Assembly (NCBI GenBank): GCA_035352355.1
Contig: DAOPXM010000019.1
Span: 537-64,536 of the forward strand
DNA length: 64,000 bases
Direction of reading: 5' to 3'
From: Deltaproteobacteria bacterium
GTDB lineage: Bacteria > Desulfobacterota > Desulfomonilia > UBA1062
Shown: positions 7,360 to 14,985 of the stretch, in pieces
Position numbering within the stretch: position 1 is the stretch's first letter
How the letters are laid out: each line of letters opens with the position of its first letter
Translations under genes and position numbers: made by a program
The notes under the pieces: generated by a model
Told to the model about the DNA's origin: nothing
Databases searched by the model: none
What the model saw: only the letters and a program-made list of their open reading frames with translations

Positions 7360-9123
7360 ATGCCAGGGATAAACGGAGCGCTGAGCATTGCCAGCTGGAC
7401 TTTGTACAATTCGCAGCTGGCCCTCGAGATCACGTCCCACAACGTGGCCAACGCGAACACGGAGGGCTATTCGCGGCAGAGCCTGAAGATCGATCCCAAC
7501 ATCCCCATCAACATGGGGCCCGGTGAGATCGGTACCGGGGCGCGGGCCGTGGAGGTGATCAGAGCCCATGACGAGTTCATCAACAGCCAGGTGAACGCCA
7601 AGCGGTCGCAGTACTATTACTGGAAGACCCAGAGCGATGCCATGGACGAGGTCGAGACCATCTTCAACGAGACCGGCGACACCGGCCTCAACGAGATGAT
7701 GAGTCAGTTCTGGAGCGCGTGGGGTGACCTCTCCAACAATCCCGACGGCACGCCGGAGCGTGAAGCGCTCATCGCCAAGAGCAACAACCTCATCCAGACC
7801 ATCAGCAACATCGACTTCGACCTGAGGGAAAACCAGCGGAACCTCGACAATAACATCCGGGGCTCGGTGGGGCAGGTGAACGCCATCATCGAACAGATCG
7901 CGGACCTCAACAACCAGATCTCGAGCGTGGAGATCAAGGGCTCGGTCAACGCCAACGACCTCAGGGACCGGCGCGACCTGCTCCTGGAAAAGCTCTCCGA
8001 GTACATGGACATCTCCTACTACGAGGAGGAGAACAGCGGCCAGGTGATGGTGTACATCCTGGGAGGGACACCCCTGGTGCTTGGGACGGAAACCTACGCC
8101 ATCGACGACGTGTACAACACCGCCACCGGACTCACTGACCTTGTCTGGCAGGACGAGTCGGGCAGGACGGTCAACATCACGAACAGGCTGGCAGGCGGCA
8201 AGATCGCGGGCTGGGTGAACGTGCGGGACAACAAGATAGGCTCGTACCTCGACTCGCTCAACACGCTCACCGACGAACTCGTCTGGCAGGTCAATTCCCT
8301 GCATGCGGACGGCACGGGCCTTGAGTCCGTAAGCTCCATGACCGGGAGCGTGGTGATAGCCGCCGCGACCGATGACCTGGCCGCGGACTTCTACTTCTCG
8401 GACCGGTACAACGCAGGGGGCCAGTTCGACATCGTGGTGTACGACTCCGCGGGCAACGTGGCGAACACCTATGCCATCAACCCCGCGGGCAGCACGGTCC
8501 AGGACCTGATCACCGCCATCAACGCTGCTCCGGAGCTGACGGCGTCGATCACCGCAGCGGGCTATTTCAACATCCAGGCCGATCCAGGCTACACCTTTGC
8601 CGTGAAGCCCCACGCGGGTGGAGAGACGAGCCATTCCCTGGCCATCATGGGCGTGAACACCTTTTTCTCCTGGGCGGAGAACACAGTGCAGCCCATGTTG
8701 GACATCACCCAGACCATCGGCATCAGCGACGCCCTGGAGGCGAACTCCGGTCTGGTGGCCGCAGGGACCATCGACGAGAACAACAGGGTTGCCCCGGGCA
8801 ACAACACGGTCGCCCTGTCCGTCTCAGCCCTGAGGGATCGGGTGATCCCGAACCTGGGGGGCACGGGGGTGAGCACCACCTTGGATTCCTACTACAGCTC
8901 CTTCATCGCCAGGGTGGGGGTTGATGTGGAAAACGCGGTAATGAACGAGACGTTCAATGACACGCTCCTGTCGCAGTACCTTCAGAAACAGGAAGGGGTC
9001 ATGGGCGTCAACCTTGATGAGGAGATGGCCAATATCCTGAAGCTCCAGCACCTCTATCAGGCCGCAGCCAAGATCATCTCGGTGTGCGACGAGATGATGC
9101 AGTCGTTGCTTTCAACAAAATAA
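7360..9123 (+). CDS. flgK: Flagellar hook-associated protein 1 FlgK
   Basis: 587 aa. N-terminal LALEITSHNVANANTEGYSRQ; C-terminal VNLDEEMANILKLQHLYQAAAKIISVCDEMMQSLL. Confidence 0.9.
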   Translation: MPGINGALSIASWTLYNSQLALEITSHNVANANTEGYSRQSLKIDPNIPINMGPGEIGTGARAVEVIRAHDEFINSQVNAKRSQYYYWKTQSDAMDEVETIFNETGDTGLNEMMSQFWSAWGDLSNNPDGTPEREALIAKSNNLIQTISNIDFDLRENQRNLDNNIRGSVGQVNAIIEQIADLNNQISSVEIKGSVNANDLRDRRDLLLEKLSEYMDISYYEEENSGQVMVYILGGTPLVLGTETYAIDDVYNTATGLTDLVWQDESGRTVNITNRLAGGKIAGWVNVRDNKIGSYLDSLNTLTDELVWQVNSLHADGTGLESVSSMTGSVVIAAATDDLAADFYFSDRYNAGGQFDIVVYDSAGNVANTYAINPAGSTVQDLITAINAAPELTASITAAGYFNIQADPGYTFAVKPHAGGETSHSLAIMGVNTFFSWAENTVQPMLDITQTIGISDALEANSGLVAAGTIDENNRVAPGNNTVALSVSALRDRVIPNLGGTGVSTTLDSYYSSFIARVGVDVENAVMNETFNDTLLSQYLQKQEGVMGVNLDEEMANILKLQHLYQAAAKIISVCDEMMQSLLSTK

Positions 9124-9168
9124 TCAGGTAATATCATCAGCAAAATATTCCCTGCCGTGGGGAGGCTG

Positions 9169-9408
9169 ATGCTCATACTAACCCGAAAAGTCGGTGAAGC
9201 TGTATCGATAGGCGATGACATCCAGGTCTCGGTCGTTGAGATCAAGGGAACCCAGGTGAAGCTGGGAATCAGGGCCCCCAAAAGCATAGAGGTTCACAGG
9301 GAAGAGATCTACCTCAAGATTCAGGAAGAAAACAGACGCGCCGCTCTCGTGTCCACGGAAGCCCTCGGCGCGGCCCAGGATTTGATCCTTCAGAAGAAAA
9401 ATTCTTGA
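9169..9408 (+). CDS. csrA: Carbon storage regulator CsrA (RNA-binding translational regulator)
   Basis: [48 protein letters not shown], 79 aa with a C-terminal extension. Start set at the conserved MLILTRK. Confidence 0.9.
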   Translation: MLILTRKVGEAVSIGDDIQVSVVEIKGTQVKLGIRAPKSIEVHREEIYLKIQEENRRAALVSTEALGAAQDLILQKKNS

Positions 9409-9464
9409 AGCCGGCAGCCTCATCAAGTACTATATAACTATCAATATATAGGGAGGTATTATCC

Positions 9465-9704
9465 ATGGGCTTTCTCTTCAGGCTCATCGCATGGCTGATC
9501 GTCGCTCCGTTCAAGCTCGTGAAGTTCATTGTGGCAGACGTCCTCATCTTCGGCATCATCGGCGGGACGCTCACGGTCGTCAAGGCTGTCCTCAGGTTCT
9601 TCTTCAAGCCGCTTATCCTGGCAGCCGTGGCGGGCGGGGCAGCGGCGTTCATCTTCTCCGACGAAGAGAGGAGGAACAAGGTCAGGGCGCTCATCGGCAT
9701 GTAA
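9465..9704 (+). CDS. Small hypothetical membrane protein (2-3 TM)
   Basis: 79 aa, hydrophobic (LIAWLIVAPF..., ILAAVAGGAAAFIF). RBS GGGAGG 8 nt upstream. Confidence 0.5.
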   Translation: MGFLFRLIAWLIVAPFKLVKFIVADVLIFGIIGGTLTVVKAVLRFFFKPLILAAVAGGAAAFIFSDEERRNKVRALIGM

Positions 9705-9996
9705 GCATTTCGTTCATTTCTCCTCTCCCCCCGCCGGGGACGGGGCTCTCCCTGGCATCGCGGGTCTCGGCGGGGAGGGTGATGCGAACCGTCGGATTCC
9801 TGCAGGTACACCTCTTTGCGGGCAGGCACATCGAGAGCCTGCCGTTTCAGGTCTTTCCCTGATCGTTTCTTTCGTCAGCGCATGCCGTCAAGGGGTCCGG
9901 GCATGCCGGCCCTGTGCGCAGGCGCGTTTAGATCACGGACGGACGGCGTGGAAAAGATGGGAGGGTTCAGAGGGCAAACGTGTGAGGCGTGTGAAC

Positions 9997-10046
9997 CAGG
10001 GCATCCTTGCATGATATTGATGCATCAATGCTGCAAGGATGCCCTG
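9997..10046 (-). terminator. Perfect 15-bp hairpin downstream of atpE (no clear U-tract)
   Basis: CAGGGCATCCTTGCA...TGCAAGGATGCCCTG, 15 nt beyond the atpE stop, in a convergent intergenic region. Confidence 0.4.
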
Positions 10047-10061
10047 CCGTCATCTTGACCG

Positions 10062-10406
10062 TTATCCCACGATATACTTCAGGAAGGGATTCGCGTAGAG
10101 CAGGATGAGCTGGATAACAAGTGCGTAGATGGCCAGAGACTCGATCATGGCCAGACCAAGGATGAGTGCTGTCAGAATCTTGCCGGATGCCTCAGGGTTG
10201 CGGGCTATGCCGTCGCAAGCACCCTGGACGCCGTGACCCTGGCCGATGCCGGTGCCCACTGCGGCGATACCCATGCCGATACCGGTGGCCACGGCGACCC
10301 AGCTGAAGAACTGGATGGCCTCAGGGCTGGCGGGAGCGGCAAACGCAACGGGCGCGAGAACCAGAACGAAGAGAGCTGAAACCCCTAATGAAAACACCTT
10401 TTTCAT
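10062..10406 (-). CDS. atpE: F0F1 ATP synthase subunit c with N-terminal signal-peptide-like extension
   Basis: Helix-loop-helix [45 protein letters not shown] (RNPE loop, ion-binding Glu). About 35 extra N-terminal residues, [23 protein letters not shown]. Confidence 0.9.
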   Translation of the reverse strand: MKKVFSLGVSALFVLVLAPVAFAAPASPEAIQFFSWVAVATGIGMGIAAVGTGIGQGHGVQGACDGIARNPEASGKILTALILGLAMIESLAIYALVIQLILLYANPFLKYIVG

Positions 10407-10520
10407 AAAATCCTCCTGTCATGAATTTGAACTGCGTATTGAGAAAAAGCTGGTGAAGATACTCCGCAATATCCCACCAGCTTCTTTTATACTACTAAAT
10501 AGGATAATATAAAACCCTAA

Positions 10521-10570
10521 ATATAAAAAAGAAACGAATGCCGGGCAGTCGTTTCGATGCCCGGCATTCG
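10521..10570 (-). terminator. Intrinsic-terminator-like hairpin directly after atpB
   Basis: Perfect 13-bp stem CGAATGCCGGGCA/TGCCCGGCATTCG (10535-10570), followed on the minus strand by TTTCTTTTTTATATTT. Confidence 0.55.
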
Positions 10571-10581
10571 GATGGTGCTGA

Positions 10582-11289
10582 TTAGTGGTGCGCTTCCTCC
10601 ATGGCCCCGCTGATGTACATCATGGCGAGCAGGGTGAACACGAACGCCTGGAGCAGGGAGGTGAAGATCATGAGGATGAGCATCGGGATGGGCATCAGGA
10701 AGGGGACCAGGAGCAGGAGCACGATGAGAACGAGGTCTTCGCCGAAGATGTTGCCGAAGAGCCGCATGGTCAGCGAAAGGGGCCTGGCGATGTGGCCGAT
10801 GAGCTCGACCGGCAGCATGATGGGCGCCATCCACCACACGGGTCCGAGGAACTGTTTTACGTACTTGATCCCGTGGATCTTGATCCCCACGATGTGGGTG
10901 AGGAGGAAGACCGACAGGGCCATCGAAAGGTTGGTGTTCAGGTTCGCGGTGGGCGAGTAGAACCCCGGTATGATGCCTGCCATGTTACAGGTGAGGATGA
11001 AGAGGAAAAGGGTGGCCATGACCGGGAAGAAGATCATGCCCTTTTCGCCCATGGTGTCCACCAGCAGCCCCTTGAGCCCGCCCACGACGACCTCGAGGAA
11101 GTTCTGGAGCCTGCCGGGGACCATCTTCAGGCCGCGCACGACCAGGACCGAGAGGGTAATGAGGAACAGCATGTAGAGCCAGGTGTAGGTGACCTGGATA
11201 AAGTGGTTCCCGTCATGAAGGCCGATGCTCTCGAAAAATCCATAAATAGGATGAGTGATAAAGTCCAGTATCATGAATCCGTGTTCCAT
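10582..11289 (-). CDS. atpB: F0F1 ATP synthase subunit a
   Basis: 235 aa from MEHGFMILDF. Multi-TM, with the conserved LSLTMRLFGNIFGE Arg motif. Start trimmed from the track ORF because the longer form overlaps atpI. Confidence 0.9.
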   Translation of the reverse strand: MEHGFMILDFITHPIYGFFESIGLHDGNHFIQVTYTWLYMLFLITLSVLVVRGLKMVPGRLQNFLEVVVGGLKGLLVDTMGEKGMIFFPVMATLFLFILTCNMAGIIPGFYSPTANLNTNLSMALSVFLLTHIVGIKIHGIKYVKQFLGPVWWMAPIMLPVELIGHIARPLSLTMRLFGNIFGEDLVLIVLLLLVPFLMPIPMLILMIFTSLLQAFVFTLLAMMYISGAMEEAHH

Positions 11290-11290
11290 C

Positions 11291-11686
11291 TTACTCTCCT
11301 CCTGCGAATATGTAGGTGAAGCATGCGTACGTCGTGATTCCCAGTATGACAACGGACAGGCCGAGCAGCAGTCCGATGATATCCACCTTGACGATGGTGA
11401 TGAGGGCATAGAGGATGACCGCCATGATCGCCAGTCTGAGGATATACCGCTTTGCCATGAACGCTTTGCCTTTGCTGGTTGTCAGGGATACGGCAGCCTT
11501 GGCATGCCGGTAAAGCCACTGAAAATTGATGAGGCACAGTATCCCCCCGGCCAGGACGCCGAGGGCAAACTGCTGACCGAACAGGAAAAAGCTCACGATG
11601 CACAGCGAAATCCAGATCAAAAGAGAAATGATCTCGATGCGCTTCTGAGCGGGCTCTTTAGGTATTGCTTCCATTGGGGCCACCAT
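11291..11686 (-). CDS. atpI: ATP synthase protein I (AtpI)
   Basis: About 130 aa, 4 TM. Positioned between the atpZ-like gene and atpB. Exact start uncertain. Confidence 0.7.
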   Translation of the reverse strand: MVAPMEAIPKEPAQKRIEIISLLIWISLCIVSFFLFGQQFALGVLAGGILCLINFQWLYRHAKAAVSLTTSKGKAFMAKRYILRLAIMAVILYALITIVKVDIIGLLLGLSVVILGITTYACFTYIFAGGE

Positions 11687-11915
11687 CGCTGAAAAATCTC
11701 ATGTAGGCCTTGTACATGATCCTGAATCCTGCAAGGATACCGCCGAAGAGGGTTATGAGCGTGAAGATGGGGCTGGTGTCGAACCTGCTGTCGAGATAGA
11801 TCCCGGCAGCCAGTCCGAGCACGATGCACAGCACCATGGCGATCCCCATGGTGCTCAGGTCCGCCACGGTCAGGTATATCTTTTTCTTCTCCCTGTTTTC
11901 CTTATCGGTCCCCAT
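11658..11915 (-). CDS. atpZ: AtpZ/AtpR-like small membrane protein of the F0 operon
   Basis: 85 aa from MGTDKENREKKK, 2 TM. GGAGGG RBS 9 nt upstream of ATG 11915. First gene of the atp F0 cluster. Confidence 0.7.
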   Translation of the reverse strand: MGTDKENREKKKIYLTVADLSTMGIAMVLCIVLGLAAGIYLDSRFDTSPIFTLITLFGGILAGFRIMYKAYMRFFSDGGPNGSNT

Positions 11916-12164
11916 GGGACACAACCCTCCATCACGAAGAGCATACTACTGAATAGTCATTCATATTGCAAGTAGGTTTTTTTATAGGGAACTTTCATTG
12001 CCTTTTCTCTATCTATATCCACAACATATTGAAAAAGAATATGAAATATGAAGATAATATTAAGCCTTGATTTCATTAACAATAATTGCTATAGTCACTT
12101 TTCTGTACACAAATTGAACGTAAAAATAGAGGAAACGCGCGAGATTTATTTCCGGGAACACGTG

Positions 12165-13013
12165 ATGAAGAGAAGGGCTATTCTACTGCTTACCGTATAT
12201 TATTCGTTATTGTTTGCTTTTCTTCCGGACCTGGTTCCGGGCAGATTTGCATATCCCGTGGATGAGGCCGGCTGGTACCATATCGACTACCCAGGCTCCA
12301 CTTCGTTCCCGGAAGAATTTTTACAGTTGCAGGATACCAGGCAGCGCAAGAGGCAGCTCATCGACACCCTCCTTCCCCTGGTGCTCAAGGCCAACGAGGA
12401 TATCCTGGCCCAGCGCCGGGAGCTCAAGCGCATGGAAAAGGTTCCCTCCCTGACGGCTCACGACAGGAAGCTCATCGAAGATCTCGCATCGGTTTATCGT
12501 GTGAAGCATGAGGATCATCGGGCCATGCTCGAGGAGCTCCTGGTGAAGGTCGATGTCCTGCCCGCGTCTCTCGTGCTGGCGCAGGCCGCCATCGAGTCCG
12601 GGTGGGGGACCTCCCGGTTTGCCACCGAAGGCAACAACGTGTTCGGCCTGCGGGGGCCCAAGGGCTCGGGCATGACACCCGGCGCCCTGGCCGCGGGGTG
12701 CTCCTTCTCCCTGTCGACCTTCAGCGATCTCCAGGAGTGCATCAACTTCTACCTGTGGAACATCAACACCCGCTCCGAGTATGAGAGCCTCAGGAAGATC
12801 CGCACCCAGGCCCACGTCAACTACGATCCAGTGGAGCTTGCCAGGGGCCTGGAATCATATTCCGAGATAGGAAATGCCTACGTGGACAAGGTCGTTGGCC
12901 TGATCCGGGATAACAACCTCACGGAATACGACCTCTACCGGCTCAAGCCCGTGAAGGAGCAGCGCGCCGCACTGCTCACCGAGAGAATCCTCGGGTCTGA
13001 CAGCACATCGTAG
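12165..13013 (+). CDS. Bax-like glucosaminidase-domain protein (FlgJ C-terminal-type muramidase domain)
   Basis: LAQAAIESGWGTSRFATEGNNVFGLRG glucosaminidase motif. N-terminal TM/signal MKRRAILLLTVYYSLLFAF. Start (12165 versus 12048) uncertain. Confidence 0.8.
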   Translation: MKRRAILLLTVYYSLLFAFLPDLVPGRFAYPVDEAGWYHIDYPGSTSFPEEFLQLQDTRQRKRQLIDTLLPLVLKANEDILAQRRELKRMEKVPSLTAHDRKLIEDLASVYRVKHEDHRAMLEELLVKVDVLPASLVLAQAAIESGWGTSRFATEGNNVFGLRGPKGSGMTPGALAAGCSFSLSTFSDLQECINFYLWNINTRSEYESLRKIRTQAHVNYDPVELARGLESYSEIGNAYVDKVVGLIRDNNLTEYDLYRLKPVKEQRAALLTERILGSDSTS

Positions 13014-13167
13014 CCCCGGGACCTCCTGCACGTCTCCCCGGAAGGCCGACCGTTTTCCCCCGTTCATGCCGGCGACTCCCTGAGCACCATGAGGTACGGC
13101 CTCGACGAGGCCGGGGTCGCGGGATTTTCTGTTGAACCCCCGGGGGAAATGTGCGTAGATTCTGGTC

Positions 13168-13644
13168 ATGAAAGCCTTGGAAGATATTGATAGAAAGATA
13201 CTGGCCCGCGTACAGGGCGATCTGCCCCTGGAAAGGAATCCCTACGAAAAGTGGGCAGCCGAGCTCGGCCTCACGCCCGCAGAGCTCGTTGGCAGGCTCA
13301 AGGAGCTGAAGTCCTCCGGGGTCATCCGGGAGGTGAAGGCAGTGCTGCGTCACCGGTCGGCCGGGTTCTCCGCCGGTGCCATGGTGGCCTGGGCCGTTCC
13401 CGAGGCCCTGGTGGGAGAGATGGGCCGCGAGCTCGCTTCGAGGCCTGCGGTGTCCCACTGCTACGAGCGGCCGGGCTTCGGGGAATACCGCCTCTTTTCC
13501 ATGATCCACGGGAAGACGAAGCAGGAGGTGGAGGCTGCGGTTCAGGAGATCGCCGGTTCGCTTGGCTTGAAACGGTACAAGGTGTACTGGAGCGTAACCG
13601 AGCTGAAGAAGTCATCCATGGAGTATTTCAGGGAGGATCGCTGA
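13168..13644 (+). CDS. Siroheme decarboxylase-like protein (AhbA/AhbB, NirD/L/G/H family; Lrp/AsnC-like fold)
   Basis: 158 aa. LEDIDRKILARVQGDLPLERNPYEKWAAELGLTPAELVGRLKELKSSGVIR...VSHCYERP. Abuts hemL. Confidence 0.7.
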   Translation: MKALEDIDRKILARVQGDLPLERNPYEKWAAELGLTPAELVGRLKELKSSGVIREVKAVLRHRSAGFSAGAMVAWAVPEALVGEMGRELASRPAVSHCYERPGFGEYRLFSMIHGKTKQEVEAAVQEIAGSLGLKRYKVYWSVTELKKSSMEYFREDR

Positions 13645-14922
13645 GTGAAGAACGCCGAGCTCTTTCAACAGGCAAAGGAATACATTCCATCAGGGGTGAA
13701 CTCTCCCGTGAGGGCCTTCAGGAAGGTGGGGGGCACCCCCCGGTTCATCGCCTCCGCCCATGGCCCGTATCTGACCGATTCCGAGGGGAGCAGGTACATC
13801 GATCACGTGCTCTCCTGGGGCCCCATGATCCTGGGGCACGCCCATCCCGAGGTGGTCGAGGCCGTCACCGGCCAGGCAGGCAGGGGCATGAGCTACGGCG
13901 CGCCCACCGAGCTCGAGGTGGAGATGGCGCGCATGGTCTGCAGCGCCATCCCCTCCATGGAGAAGGTGAGGTTCGTGTCTTCGGGGACCGAGGCCTCCAT
14001 GAGCGCCATCCGCCTCGCCCGGGGCTTCACGGGCAGGGATACGATCGTCAAGTTCGAGGGGTGCTACCACGGGCACGTGGACAGCCTGCTCGTGAAGGCG
14101 GGCTCCGGAGCGCTCACCTTCGGCGTCCCCGACACCTCCGGCGTGCCAGCAGGCATCGCCTCCACCACCGCGGTGCTGCCCTACAACGACATCGAGGCGT
14201 TCGAGGCCTTCATGAAGGCTGGCGGGCACAAGGTCGCAGGCGTCATCGTGGAGCCCGTGGCCGGGAACATGGGGGTCGTGCTCCCAAAGGATGGGTTCCT
14301 TGCCTCCCTGAGAAGGGCCACGGCCGAGCACGGCGCGCTCCTCATCTTCGACGAGGTGATCACGGGGTTCAGGTTCCGCTACGGCGGGTACCAGGACGTG
14401 ATCGGCATCAGGCCCGACCTCACCTGCCTGGGAAAGATCATCGGCGGCGGCATGCCGGTGGGCGCCTTCGGGGGGAGGGTGGACATCATGGACATGCTTG
14501 CCCCGGAGGGCCCGGTGTACCAGGCGGGGACCCTCTCGGGCAATCCCATGGCCATGGCCGCGGGGATCGCCACCCTGAGCGTGCTCAGGCGGGACGACCC
14601 CTACGATGGCCTCACAAAAGCCATGGAGGCGCTGCTCGACGCCATCCGGGAGTCCGCCAGCGCGGCCGGGCTGCCCCTGACCGTCAACCACATCGGGAGC
14701 ATGGCAGGGATCTTTTTCCACGACGGAGGGGTGGACACGTTCGACGAGGTCATGGCCTCGGACGCGGCCCGGTATGCACGGTTCTTCCACCTCATGCTCG
14801 AAGCGGGCGTCTACCTCGCGCCGTCGGCGTACGAGGCCATGTTTGTCTGCACCGGCCACACGCCAGACATCATCGAACAGGAGATCAGGATCTTCCGCGA
14901 CGTCCTGGCCAGGCTCGACTAA
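13645..14922 (+). CDS. hemL: Glutamate-1-semialdehyde 2,1-aminomutase
   Basis: 425 aa, GTG start. IPSGVNSPVRAF, PLP-lysine region CLGKIIGGGMPVGAFGG. Confidence 0.95.
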   Translation: MKNAELFQQAKEYIPSGVNSPVRAFRKVGGTPRFIASAHGPYLTDSEGSRYIDHVLSWGPMILGHAHPEVVEAVTGQAGRGMSYGAPTELEVEMARMVCSAIPSMEKVRFVSSGTEASMSAIRLARGFTGRDTIVKFEGCYHGHVDSLLVKAGSGALTFGVPDTSGVPAGIASTTAVLPYNDIEAFEAFMKAGGHKVAGVIVEPVAGNMGVVLPKDGFLASLRRATAEHGALLIFDEVITGFRFRYGGYQDVIGIRPDLTCLGKIIGGGMPVGAFGGRVDIMDMLAPEGPVYQAGTLSGNPMAMAAGIATLSVLRRDDPYDGLTKAMEALLDAIRESASAAGLPLTVNHIGSMAGIFFHDGGVDTFDEVMASDAARYARFFHLMLEAGVYLAPSAYEAMFVCTGHTPDIIEQEIRIFRDVLARLD

Positions 14923-14942
14923 AGGGGATGTTATCAATGAAA

Positions 14943-14975
14943 AAGCCGCCGGCAGGCATGGCCCGCCGGCGGCTT
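14943..14975. terminator. Bidirectional terminator hairpin between hemL and lon
   Basis: 11-bp GC-rich stem AAGCCGCCGGC/GCCGGCGGCTT, flanked by AAAA on one side and TTC on the other. The genes are convergent. Confidence 0.55.
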
Positions 14976-14985
14976 CTGTGACTGC

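Noticed and set aside
13251-14981. 576-aa same-strand alternative-frame ORF overlapping the ahb-like gene and hemL
   Set aside because: Extremely Arg/Gly/Pro-rich. hemL in the other frame has unmistakable family motifs. This is a typical high-GC off-frame artefact.
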